From: Veleropilina oligotropha | Lineage: Eukaryota | Assembly (NCBI GenBank): GCA_048128005.1 | Contig: JBEUKZ010000131.1 | Span: forward strand, 558,001-603,669 | Reading direction: 5' to 3' | Length of the DNA stretch: 45,669 bases | Part shown: positions 1 through 13,809 of the stretch, in pieces | Position numbering within the stretch: the first letter of the stretch is position 1 | Layout of the letters: each line of letters begins with the position of its first letter | Program-made: the position numbers and the translations under genes | Notes under the pieces: generated by a model | What the model was told of the DNA's origin: nothing | Databases searched by the model: none | What the model saw: only the letters and a program-made list of their open reading frames with translations

Positions 1-19
1 TTTGGAAAATAAGTTTTGT

Positions 20-76
20 TTTATTTTGGGTTTAACGTCCACTTTGAACATTATTTCTGTTAAATCGCAGACGTGA
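20..76 (-). mobile_element. 3' tail fragment of a SINE
   Basis: The reverse strand reads CGATTTAACAGAAATAATGTTCAAAGTGGACGTTAAACCCAAAATAA. The GACGTTAAAC end also occurs in the SINE at 36606-37000 and resembles mollusc SINE tails (from recall). Confidence 0.5.
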
Positions 77-2407
77 ATTCATAACTTTCTATAATCATAT
101 ACATTTTATAGACATCCATGTGAGTGAATATGACAATAATCGCAACACGGATTCATAAAGTGGGCCCCGAGTTTGATATAGAGCGGACAGCCAGCCGGAT
201 GGCCAGTGTCACTCCTGAAGGTGATGCCCTATCTAAAATTTCTTATCAGATCATGCAAAAGTTGTATGAAATAAATGTGAACAGCAAAATATATTAATTA
301 ATTCGCACTTGAAATTATATTACAAATATCGAAACTTAGAAAGGAGAAAGAAATATATAATATCTATGATATGCTTTCTGAGAAACTTAACGTGGAATTT
401 CATTTCATTTTGATCTTGGAAAAGTGTCTCAAATTATGTTTCAGTTTTAACCATCCCCTCTGTTATAGGTGGAAAGAAAAGTAATCGATATTAAAAATAA
501 AATAACAATCACCTTACAAAAATGGCCATCAATAAAATTTAACATAAGTCTTTAAATAAGCAACGCAAGTTTCTAATATAAATATATGATGACATATGCT
601 GCGAAATATGACGGTGGTTTCAAATGAATGGATGAGTTGCCAACTGCAACATAATGTCTTCACATATAATAGACGTTCTCAAAATCGAGGATCGGTTATC
701 TAGATTTACATAAATTTCCCATAGATTGACATTTGTGCGAAACAATATTGTTTAATGATTAGGTAATATCTAGCTTGACAAATGATATCTTTAGTTTCAC
801 ATCTTATAAGTTTTAGCATTTAAAGTTATTAGCAAAATAGAGACGCTTGAAGACAAATAAAATTTGATTTATTGCGTATATTAGAGTTCTTAAAACAGTT
901 ATTATTACATTATAAACATTATAAACACTCGCCACATGGTATATTTCCTGTCTCTGTGTATTTGTTTTAGTTAATATGTCTAACACTGTAATGACAGAAC
1001 ATGACGACGTCATTTGTAGTCACGGACAACAAACAAACTACCCTATAGACGGCGTCTCGGGTGATTTTAATGACCAAACACAATGGATTTCCTTTAAATA
1101 TTTAACGATTTCTCTTGAAATACATTGTAACAATACACCTTAAGAATTTTCAACCAATTATCTGACAAAAGTTAGGGATATAATTGGATTGTTAATTAAA
1201 AACATTTAAATAGTTATTTTGCCCCTTTCGAATATTTTTGCAATACAATAGTGGTCTAAAATTTTTAGTAGTAATGACTACGTAAAAATAGCAGAAAAGA
1301 TCAATGATGCTGTCAAATTGCTCTTCAAAGACGTCATCCTTTAAATTAAAAAAAATCGCATACAATGTAGGCAAACGTTTATTTCAACAAATACTTAAAA
1401 CGTCATGATAATAGTGCAAATGATTAAAATGATGCATTATACTCCAAAATGGAAAAACCCTCCATTTTTAGGTGGGCACCACCTCCGTTTTTCCGGTTGG
1501 CCTTTTTTTAGATCAAAATCCTTTCTCGATCAAGCTTGAAACTGAGTTATGGTTTTCATATACGAGTTTTGATCTGAAAATGCTTACCAAAATCAATTCG
1601 TTACAGGTGTATTATGGGACATCTTAATAAGCATCCGGTCATCCTCAGATCTGAATCAAATTACCCGGTTGGTACACTAATGATATGGCAGATGAAGTTA
1701 TTCTAAGGATGTTTAAATTCGCTTTAAATTCTTAATGTATGCCATACGTCAACATGCGACACGCGACGCCGGTCTCAATACTGCGCTCCAGCATATCTGC
1801 GGGTGGTTTACCGCGTCATTCAAAGATTGTTCTGACAACTGTCATTTAGCCTGAAGCCTTATACCGGCTGTGATGGTGGATCATTGGCAGATCTAACCAT
1901 TGTACTTTACCTACATAACTGAGACAGTGGTGTCTTGGAGGTGTTTTATGAATGTGGCACGTACTGGAATACTTCATATCCAGCGTTGCAAGTTTGTTTC
2001 AATGTCTTTCTTTGTTCGCTATACTGTGTCTCAATCCTACGCTCAACAATAATAATTATGTTTCTCATAATATTCATATCAATATCGATAAAAAGACAAA
2101 CGAGCATTTTATAATGTTGTTTTAAATGATCGAAGCAATAAGAAGGTAAGCTCACTAAAATATATAGTTCACGAACAAAACATGAACGATATGAGGTTCG
2201 GATTGAGGGTCTTGATGCTTGTCCGAGGCTCATGGATCACATGTATCTCCATGTTTATGGCTCTGTTTCAAGAAATTTCCAAGAAGTTAAATATTCTTTA
2301 TGTTTATTTCGTAGTAAGACTTTTCAAAATATATGCACCCATTTGCACGAAAGCTGCAGAATTGAAGAGTCATGAGGCACGGTCCATTGGAAGACCTAGC
2401 AGAACTC

Positions 2408-2530
2408 TGAAGGTCCCTACAGGGGATCACGCAGAAAAGCCAATGGACTAAACCGAGAAGGGTCCGGCGATCATAACAGGGGATCACCAAAATGATTAGT
2501 GGAATAGACCGAGAAGGGCCCGAAGGTCCC
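2408..2530 (+). repeat. Imperfect duplication with a period of about 56 bp
   Basis: ACAGGGGATCAC occurs at 2419 and 2476; ACCGAGAAGGG(T/C)CC at 2452 and 2508. Confidence 0.6.
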
Positions 2531-3652
2531 ATATTAGACCGAACAGAGAAGACAAATAATGCCAATGTCCCAACCGAGATTCGATCCCACTACTGTCCGT
2601 GTCAGCGGAATCAAGCCAATGATTTCAGAGTTTGCAACCGAAACCACAAGACTGTCGGACGGCCACAATTATTGAAAGAAATTAAGCCTCAATATGATCG
2701 CCTTTCATTAGACAGGGTCGTGGACTTGCATTTTCTAATTCCAATCATGTCATTTCGTGCCACCATTCGCGGTACGTGTATTAATTTCCGAACTAACTTG
2801 CCCGCAAATGTCAGTCTTGGAAACGAACTGCGTTTCAACAATCAGCGAATATTACCCATAATGTTGTCCGACTGTGCACCGAACTTATTTGTGTTCCCGT
2901 AAATCATGCGAACCGGACAGTTAGCAAATACCACACGAACAATATCATAAATCGCTCAAAATTAAATTGCCAAATCCCTGATTGCGTTATCGAGAATCTA
3001 TGACGGCGTATTTGACCGTACGTTCTCAATCAAAACCTCATATTCTTCACTTCTAACAAATTATATTTGTTACTGTATAGAAATTGATTTCGGAAAAGTA
3101 AAGTCTAGCCGATTAGCTTGAAAGGCGTGAGTTAAATCCTTTACTTTGGGATTCAAATACGACTTGCATTTTGGATCAATACATGTACTTGGTATTAAAC
3201 TATAAATGTCAACTATAAAGTTATATGCCGCTGCAGGGCAACCACTTCGTCGTCTTTGCTAAAGTTACCATTATTAATTAATGCCTTGTTGGCAGGTTCT
3301 TTATAATAAACGATGTCACGTGATATCTGTCATGACAGTACCCAATAACTGATTTATAAGTTTCACAAACTATCGGTTGACAGGAAATGTCATCCGCATT
3401 TGACAATAAAAACCATGAATTATGTAAATCAGATACATGGATTATAAAATTGACAACATCCCAATGTGTTTATTTACTTGTAATATCAGTGCAAAGTTTG
3501 TCGATGAACAAATCGGTAACAGTTTCATGAACAAAAACAGTTTTGAGATAGGCTTGTTCGCCTTAATTTTTGGATGGATAGGCCTACCACATTACCAACG
3601 ATTTGCCATAAAACATTGAAAATGTCTGTAATCAGTCTTCAATTAAATTTTA

Positions 3653-3910
3653 GGGGGCAGCATGGCCGAGTGGATACGGTGCTGGTCTACAGGGGCAGCA
3701 TGGCCGAGTGGATACGGTGCTGGTCTACAGGGGCAGCATGGCCGAGTGGATACGGTGCTGGTCTACAGGGGCAGCATGGCCGAGTGGATACGGTGCTGGT
3801 CTACAGGGGCAGCATGGCCGAGTGGATACGGTGCTGGTCTACAGGGGCAGCATGGCCGCGTGGATACGGTGCTGGTCTACTAACGGAAGGTCCAGCGTTC
3901 GATTCCAGGG
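3653..3910 (+). repeat. 6 x 38-bp tandem repeat of the 5' half of a tRNA-like head, with the last unit completed by a B box
   Basis: Unit AGGGGCAGCATGGCCGAGTGGATACGGTGCTGGTCTAC (3653-3880) contains A box TGGCCGAGTGG. GTTCGATTCC follows at 3897-3906. Confidence 0.85.
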
Positions 3911-4061
3911 ATATTTTCTTTGATCGATGCTTCCATTGCACACATCACCAATTCATCTAATCATTCAAAGTTTATTGACCCGATTTATTAATGAAGTAGG
4001 CTACTGTTGGCGTGGTTATAAACATCAGTTCATCATCAGCATCATAATCAATTATAAAATG

Positions 4062-4280
4062 TTCACACACGTAGTTCGCCGTTTCAAATTCACTCGACTT
4101 AATTGCGTACATGAGTAGGTTCGAATTCCCTGCTCGGAGACTTTCACGACTTAACAGTCACAGAGTTCCATACCTGACCGAGACGGTCTGGTTTTCCCTG
4201 GTGACCGAACGTTCATCGAAAGTATATATGGACAGGTCTTGGTATGACTCTATATGGTGTTTATTAACACACTTAACGTT
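4062..4280 (+). mobile_element. Degenerate tRNA-derived SINE copy
   Basis: B box GGTTCGAATTCCC, then CAGTCACAGAGTTCCATACCTGACCGAG...GGTTTTCCCTGGTGACCG...ATGGACAGGTC, collinear with the copies at 36606 and 37279. Confidence 0.6.
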
Positions 4281-4872
4281 TATCCAATACATTATATTAC
4301 TTGGACTGTGCGGAGTTTTCTTTTTAACAATTTCACAGCTGATTGCGTTTTCCGGCAGTTTTTCGGCTTACGTCTGCGCCGCGGTGATAACCCACTGATC
4401 CCACTTCAGTGCTTGTCATCATAATCATCCCAAAACAAAAGTAATCGAGTACACTGCTTTAACTGGTTATCTCCTAAAGCTGTAATATAGCTGTTTTCTC
4501 CCACCACCGCCGCTGCATTATCGGCAGATAGTTATAAATAACGCCGATATAATCATAATGACGATAGCGATTATGTCGTCGTCGCGCGGATTTCCCCGAA
4601 GACGAAAGCTGAGGCCGCCATACATTATCACAGACGTCGTAATGTGTGGAGGATTTTATATGACATGTTCAAGCGGGTTAATTTCTCTAAACAAGATTGA
4701 CGTACTAACATGACCCCGCGAGACTTCCATCAAGCAAAGACAAACGAGACCATACTAGAAGATATGAATATGCGATATGGTTGTACCGTCATAAAATAAC
4801 TTTGCACATCCTGTCAGTTACACAGTCACTCACTTACTTTGGTGACTTTTGTAGGCATAATAAACCTTTATA

Positions 4873-5540
4873 TTAATAATTATAATAATAATGGACATTT
4901 TTATTGCGCCATATCCACCCACGAATGCATGCTCATAGCGCTACATTGATATAAATAAACGATTTATACGTAATACAGCCGAAATAAGTAAGTTTTCAAC
5001 GTTGCTTTGAACGAGTTCAGAGATGGAGAGGTAAAGGAAGCTTATTCCAGGGGGTCGATGCCGCATGTGCAAACGATCGATAACCGTAGGATTTCAGTTT
5101 TCGTTTGGGAATAACGAGCAGTTTTTGATTCTCAGATCTGAGGATTCTGCCTGGCGCATACTCAGAGACAAGGTCAGACAGGTAATCGGGGGCTGCTTTG
5201 TCAATACACTGGTACGTTATAGATAACAGCTTGTACTCGATTCTCGCCTTCACTGGTAGCCAATGTAGCGCATTTAGAACCGGAGTGATGTGCTGCCTCT
5301 TGTTGGTGAGAGAGACTATCCGAGCTGCAGTATTTTGAATCTTTTGGAGCTTATGAAGCTATTTGTTATCTAGTCCAAACAGGAGGGAGTTGCAGTAGTC
5401 TAATCTTGATAAGACCAAGCTTCGAACCAGAGTATGGGCAGCATCAGATGTTATTTGGTGCCTAATATTGCCAATGGCACGAACATGGAAATAACAAGTT
5501 CTGATTAGATTATCAACCGGAAGTGCCGTTGACAGAGTTG
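4873..5540 (-). mobile_element. 5'-truncated L2-like LINE (ORF2 C-terminus and 3' tail)
   Basis: Minus-strand translation gives LVRSLVLSRLDYCNSLLFGL, LQKIQNTAARIV, HITPVL, RIEYKLL and RSFAHAASTPWNKLP, with a stop and a frameshift. It ends in a GCGC stem-loop, AATAAA and (ATT)n. Confidence 0.88.
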
Positions 5541-6739
5541 GTTCATTAATGAATATTAATGGTATATTAATGACTAGAGAAGTCCCATGTTTGAATATAA
5601 CAATGTAAAAATGGTTACTTACATTGATGCAAACAGTAGCGTTTACGACGAAGCAGCATTTAGAGCTGCGGCGGATGGGGAGAAAACTGCCTGAATCGAT
5701 GGATACGGCTCATGGTTTGCGTTCTCTGGTGAAGGTGCCCCCCTTCACCTATACTTCTATCCAGTTAAGATCGTGAGTGAGAGTGAGGAGTGTTATAATT
5801 GACAACTAATGTTCGCTAGCATCATTGCAACCGTGGGCGTTGGTATACTATATGTAGCGAGTGGGTAAGGGGGCATTTGTTTTCCTTCTGTGCGTTTGAT
5901 GATGATCGTATCAAAATGCATTCTCATCTAGAGTACGGTTTTATGCATGATTAAATAGATCTAAGTTTTTGAGTAGAGTGATTGACAACGGAAAACCGTT
6001 AACGATTATTCTTTTAACATCATATTTAGGTAAAACGCCAGGTTTATCGTCGTTATCCGATCATAATAACGGTATGTGCAATAGAGATGGCGTTTTAAGT
6101 GGAACCTTGGCATTTTACTGAATTTAAACCATTCACCTTTGGCTTCGTTGACCAGCGTCGTATCCACTCAGACACGCCCCCATCTAACGGATACCTCGCG
6201 AGAAAATACGTCTTCACCAAGAAGGGTATTTCGCATAAAAGCATCAACAGATACATTGGTTAATGGGGTTGACTCACGATATGCAACTGGTTTCTGACCT
6301 GGCGGTATGACGAGACTATATTTTGGCGGTCGTCGAGCACAATGTAAATTTTACGCTGAATTTAGATTTGAAAACTCCTTTTATCGACCTTCAATGTATG
6401 GTATGTGATGGGTACCCCAGATGTACACTATTGGTATTAGGGGTAATCGAGCTTATATGTCTTCGAACCTACTCTTGCAGTCAGTGTCTGTGAATTTGAG
6501 AGACTTATTACGTCGCGGCCGTCTCAGACAATTGAACGGAGAGTTCGGCTTCGATGTGAAGGGCAATACAACGACGTACAAATTATTCCCCATTGACACC
6601 CCCTATGACGACCGACATCTCAACGTGATCAAGGCTGCTCTCTTTGCGTTCGAAACGTTGTCTGTCGTTAATTGCCGTTTCATAGAAAGTAAACATTGGA
6701 TCTTGTAGAATAGATTGTTCATGGTCCTAAAGGATGATA

Positions 6740-6899
6740 TTATAAGTCATTTTACTTACTTTTCGGACTTTTTTTTAAACAGTAAATTCAGAGTTCACGC
6801 AAGAATGACCATCACGTGACCAAGGCCATTCGATAATGGTCGAAACGTCGAAATTTACTGTTTCAAAAAAGTCATAAAAGTAAGTAAAATGACTTATAA
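6740..6899. repeat. Inverted repeat with arms of about 49 bp around a Penelope-like TGGTCGAAACGTCG motif
   Basis: Arms 6740-6788 and 6852-6899 (TTATAAGTCATTTTACTTACTTTT / AAAAGTAAGTAAAATGACTTATAA). Confidence 0.75.
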
Positions 6900-8561
6900 G
6901 CATTGGATCGTTTTTATGTATGTTTAACAGAGTCGCTTTTGCAAATGAAGCTCTTTTATAAATCGATACCAATGTTTTTTATTGCCGTAAATGTATAATC
7001 AATCTTGTATACATGAATATATTTGATATTAGTTACACATATGTAAACAAGGTCACAAATAATTCATGAATCATTAATGTGATGTTCCATCCGCAGATTG
7101 TGATGCAATGTTAAGATTGTAATATAAGAGAAACTCGAAAGAACATTCCATAAAAAAGTAAACTCAATATTAAATTGTAATATCGTACTAGACAAAAAAG
7201 TACTTCAAAAATGGGAATTAATAAAATTGTATCGCTTGATCTTTCCGTTAGTTGAATCCGTTGACATAAAGCCACCTTGATTTTCGACCATCGTATAATG
7301 GAGCAACAAGAGTCATTAGTGACTCAATATGATTACCTGTACAGAACATGATTAACTAACCAACGATCTGTCCATTTGTAAGGATTTGCTAAACTGAACA
7401 TCAAGATTTTCTTTTTTTCTACAAATCGACATTTCCTCTTATTTTATTTCCATTGTCCGTCTGGCACTTCATATCTCGCAAACCAACCCCAGCATTTGGA
7501 GAGAAAATAATTGAGACGGGTTACAAATGGAAACATACTGACGAATGTCAGGCTGTGATTGTCTGCTCCGTCCTGTGTTGTGGAATCGATATGGTATTCA
7601 AGCGAGGGGTACTCGGAATATTTTCGTATAATTTGCGTTCTCCCTTCTCGAGCGAGAAACGACTGGAGGGTTTTGTTCGCCATATAAATTGATCGTCGAT
7701 GCCATCTCCATGAACTTTCTTGACATTCGCGTAGGGTATTGATCCGCTGGGCGCTCGCGTCAAACACAGGATTTCGGCTCCAAGTGACTGGTTCAGCAAT
7801 GCGCCTTAGACCACATAGCGATGCGAGAACGACCTTGTAGTCTACAGACAAGTTTAACATGATCTACTAACTAAAAATGGAAGAAAGGTCTCAGATTTCT
7901 AAATTATGTTTCATTTCATGCAGTGTTAATTCATTAAATTGGCGAAAGGTGTCCGAAGATTTGGTATTCGCATCAAATATAAAGCGATCCCGCGACATCG
8001 ATATATCGGCTGCTTAATGAAAGTCTTGAATTAGCGTTTGTTTGACGTTGTCTGGCCAATACCATCAGAACCACGTGGTCATTATTATTCTTGCTTGGTA
8101 TTATTACAAGCAAAAATTTTAGGAAACCGGTAATTGTTAGCTTTCCAGAATCAAGTTGATTGAAATGATGACTGTAATTCATGCTAACTTTAATCTGATC
8201 TCGGTATCTCCTTTTCATCCTGACTACTTTGCACTGCTACCGATGGGCGTTGTAATTGACGGCCGAAAACCAGGACGAGTATATTTGATAATTGTTCCCC
8301 CCTCCCCCCACCCCCTAATTACGATAGTTTTAAAAACACCAGATTATCACCGTTAAGCGCGGCGAATGAGCACACAATATCTTCCACATATGTGATTGGT
8401 CTCAGATTCGGAATTCGCCGACATTAACCGATGATACGAAAACGTCTGTGAAAGTGATTAAATGAACATCAAGATTGATTTGGTGGATCTTTGCTTAATG
8501 TACCATTTTAATTCCCCCCCCCCCCGCTGCGGAACAAATAAGGTCTTGTCCATGTAAGGTC

Positions 8562-8720
8562 ATGTCCATGTTATCTCCGGAGTTCGACTAGGAAAACAAA
8601 CACATATCGACCAGTTAGCCTACGAACAACTGTGATTGATATTTAAGGGCCCAGCCGAGGCTTCGAACTCACTTCTGCTCATCAGAGCAGTCAGACGAGA
8701 TCATCCATTACACCGCCTAG
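8562..8720 (-). mobile_element. Degenerate tRNA-derived SINE copy
   Basis: The reverse strand has GAGTTCGAAGCC (B box), AATCACAGTTGTTCGT..ACTGGTCGA and GATAACATGGACATGACC, matching the copy at 37279. Confidence 0.65.
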
Positions 8721-9055
8721 ATTATGTAGTGTGACCTCGAATACCAGTCGTCGATTTACTAGTCAAGGTAATCCATAACCAGATACGGTGCTAAGTGTAT
8801 TTTAAATGTGTCCAAATATTAATAATTGTGTCGAACCCTTGATGTTAAGTTCAACTTTTCCATAGTTGATAATGTTTTACCATTGGCCAGCATGCATACT
8901 TATGGCTAGCACCTGATAAATCGACAAGGATTTGGGCTTCCTTCAGGTAAACTTAATCAAAATTGCCAGCAATGGTTCTGTGTGATAGCGAAGCATAGGC
9001 CGGCGATATTACTTGCTCTTCTACCATGTTCCCAGTCTTATCGTTCCAAGGAGTA

Positions 9056-9130
9056 ATGATCACGCTTGGTTATATAACATATGATCACGCCTGGTTATAT
9101 AACATATGATCACGCCTGGTTATATAACAT
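9056..9130 (+). repeat. 3 x 25-bp tandem repeat
   Basis: ATGATCACGC(C/T)TGGTTATATAACAT three times. Confidence 0.9.
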
Positions 9131-9474
9131 ATGTTTTATATTGCCATTTTTAGCCAGCTCGAACCGCATCATGTCTTCTACTAGTTTTAGTGCTATCACC
9201 AGTCACTCGAAAGTCTCAAACTCGACACATGTTCATGTGATCTTCTCCAATTCGCCATCAGGTCTTTGGTGGTGGTTTAGATCCCATTTAGCACACTGCG
9301 GGTTGTTGTTGCGTTGAATTTTAACGAGGTCTTCCACATTTTCCGTGATTTCGAGGTCAGATGTCCACATTATAATGCTAGTAATTTCAGTGTGACTATT
9401 AGCTCAGAAATGACTGTAAGGAGTCCGGACCCTGTCTTGAAGCCGGAGTGGATAGGTCGCCACTTGGCCTCCGG

Positions 9475-9580
9475 GCGGCCAAGTTGATAATAGAGTCGAG
9501 ATAAATATACGACAACATGGTACTGTGGCGGCCAAGTTGATTATAGAGTTGAGATAAATATACGACAACATAATACTGTG
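9475..9580 (+). repeat. 2 x 53-bp tandem duplication
   Basis: GCGGCCAAGTTGAT.ATAGAGT.GAGATAAATATACGACAACAT..TACTGTG twice. Confidence 0.88.
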
Positions 9581-12047
9581 TGCATAGTTTTTATTCATAA
9601 TGATCCACCTGAATACAGTACTAAAATGTCTACAACTCAAAGATTGTTTGGATTACTACCTTATTAATCACGCCAGTAACATATCACCTGTTGTCACGTG
9701 ACCTTATATCACGTGGTCACACCCGGAAATATATATATGTATCAATCAGAAAAGAAAGCTACAACTAATTGGTTCGTATTTTTAATACACCCAACTTAAT
9801 AAAAATATTTGTGAAGTGCTGAAAAATAATTTTATATTATTAAATTACAACCGTGGCACTGAGAATGCATCTCAAACTCTATTCTTCCAAGAATATACGT
9901 AATAAAGATGAAACGGAAAATGTATCCTCTCATTACATTAACTAAAACTTTTAAATATATACTTTCCCATTTTTCTTGACGTAAAATACTAAAATTGTAA
10001 CTTTAACTATTTAAGGAAACTAGAATAAACATAATGTTCATAATAATTTAAAAAGAGTTAATTAAAAAATAAGTAAATAAATAAATCAACTGTATTGTTG
10101 TTTTTTGGTACATTTGAATGCAAACGGAAGACCCTGACTGTTATTGTGCGAGTTGAGTTTAGCAGTCCAAGCTTTTATGACGTCACTCACATTGGACGAA
10201 TCTATTATACCAGACGAGTACCTAAACTCATTGGTTTAAGCTGTATTGCATTTGACTACGTGATTCTTGTGACACTTTATTCGTATGCATGAAAGAGTGC
10301 TCAAATATTATTGTCTGTCTCTCTCGATGTATATAATTATCTTTATCAGTTAAATCAATGGATTTGTTCAAATAGCGTTAAATGCGATTCTTGGTGAACT
10401 ATGAACTGACGAGCAACAGGACAGGAAATGCTTGTCAGTTCAAGATCCTTTGGAGAGTTTAGGCTAAGAGACTACAGGGTCGAATATTTTTGTTTTGCAG
10501 TTGAAAAGCAAGTTAGCTACAGTTCATTTTTGTTTATAATTCAGAAAGCTGCGAATATTTCATTCTTTACTTTTGGAAACACGTTAATCTCCTGAAATTA
10601 AAGATTTTAAAATATTTTTTCCGATTGAAAAAGTGATCTCTTACACCTTATGACGTTCTTCGATATTGTCCGTAATTAATTAAAGATGTCCGCCGCGCAG
10701 TTCTAATCACGAAATTGCATTTAAATCGTGTCTGTTAATAAAAGGTTCCATGGAATCGATACAGTTTCTATCAATATAATGAATTGCATATCAAACACGG
10801 AAAGTATTGACAAAAAATGCACACTGCGAAAAGAGCGCCATTATATGCTGCAGTTGCTTCACAACAAAATTCAGCAACACAACACCGAACCATGATATCC
10901 GGAAGAGGCAATAATCGAGATCAATGAAATACGCAGACGCAGGCCAGCAACGAGGTGAAATTTTGAAGTAGCCCTACTCCTGTACACTAAAGATCACCAT
11001 TTTCAAATATTTAAAAATATTAATTGCGTTTTTAATCAAGATCATATTGCCCGTGTTCATAAATCGACAGTCATCGGCTTTGTAACCGACATAATATTAC
11101 AGAATAATCTGTAAATTGCCAACGCCATAATGCATCACTATGATTTTATGTTATTGAGCTCAGACCACATCGCCCAATTTATCAGAAAACAGTATTAGGC
11201 CTACTAAAATCCACATATTTAGCTAAAGCTCTAAATTTTCTTTATCGCGGACCATTATATGCACTTTTGACGTCTTAGACATTTCAAATCTTCTCAGCGA
11301 GACTGCAAATGATTGAAGTATTGACGGAGCTGGCACGATGTCTTATACATAAGTCGAGATAACTTTATGCGGTGCTTATCTCTTCACGACCAGACACTAT
11401 GCGTTTTTTAATCCACAATGTTTTATATTCCAATTAGCCTTTCGCCACCATCTAACGCTGCCATTTCCGAAACTGAATCTGAATTGTTGATGCGGTAGAT
11501 GATCGCGGCTAAAATAGACGATAGCTCATTAGTACGACAGCATCACTGGATCCAGAGGTGTGGGTCCAAATCGCATTGAAATGTTAAAGTGACTATTGCC
11601 CGCAATTTTCGTGAATGTGTAGCATGACTACATTAACAGCCACTGTAATGCGGTCAGTTTTCTTTTCAAACAAAAAATAGCGTATTTAAGTGAAATTTTC
11701 GCGCCCATGGTTATAAATTTTCATTTTCGCTTGCATATTCGAATTTCTTTAATATCATCCATAGTTTCCTAATTTAAAATGTTGATGACATAACTTCAAT
11801 GAATACTCACTTTGACATCACAAAAATACAACAGAATATTTAGATGTACTAAATAAGCATCCTAAAAATTCAAGAAAATTTACGAAATATACGAACTTTA
11901 GATTAAATTACATCGATATGTCGGTATTACTGCAATTGTGATTAATTTCACGGTTTCGCCCTGCTCAGTATACTAGTAACTTAATACTAAACAACTATTT
12001 TCCGTTTAACCACGCACATATAATATGTGTTGATTCACCGTAGTGAT

Positions 12048-12986
<939 letters not shown>

Positions 12987-13642
12987 ACGGATGACGGTCA
13001 CCCTCTGTAAAAGGGGAGCCAAATGTAATATCTCCCTAATTATTGTATTCCATTTAGTGTTATCGTCGAGCAGGGGTACATTTTCAAAATTCTTTGACAA
13101 TTCATATTCGAAAAATCTAGATTTTAAACTTGTAGCAATTATTTTAGATCTTTAGATTCGAACAACATGAAAGATGGGTAACAGTTTAACTGGGACATCG
13201 AATACACGTAGAGACCTCGTCTGCATAAATATACTGCATATAACTACTGCTTCAAGAAGAGTTCATCTTTGTCAAAATACCAGACATTTATACCAATAAA
13301 TAAACAACAACAAATCATCAAATTCTCCGAAAGTAGAGATTCTCTCAATTGTGATTGCTATATTTGAAACATAATCCAAACCTCAGATGAACGATAATCG
13401 ATTTGAAATAAAACACCTTAATTTAATCTGACATATTATTGGAATGTTATAAATATATTTTAAATCATAGACTATATAAATAATATAACCCCCATTTAAG
13501 TTTCTAACGCGATAAATTGCATAAATAATGTGCTTACAATTTATCTGAAACTTCTACCACTACTGCAACAATATCTTTTAACACATATAATATATAAAGT
13601 ATAAAACAACGTAAACAAGTATTTAAATCTGACACACAGTTT

Positions 13643-13809
<167 letters not shown>

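Noticed and set aside
1590..1627. Kolobok-like TTAA ends (also near 10680, 29060 and 29600)
   Set aside because: No matching partner TIR found by eye.
3574..3960. Repetitive ORFs or a CRISPR-like array
   Set aside because: Head-to-tail 38-bp units with no spacers and no cas genes; the ORFs are repeat artefacts.
7444..7860. GC-richer overlapping ORFs
   Set aside because: No recognisable domain or convincing splice sites; needs BLASTx.
8660..8690. CTGATGA hammerhead-like motif on the minus strand (another on the plus strand near 42444)
   Set aside because: No stem II followed by GAAA; the first lies in a SINE head.
11518..11582. tRNA-like remnant
   Set aside because: A and B boxes are too degenerate to support.
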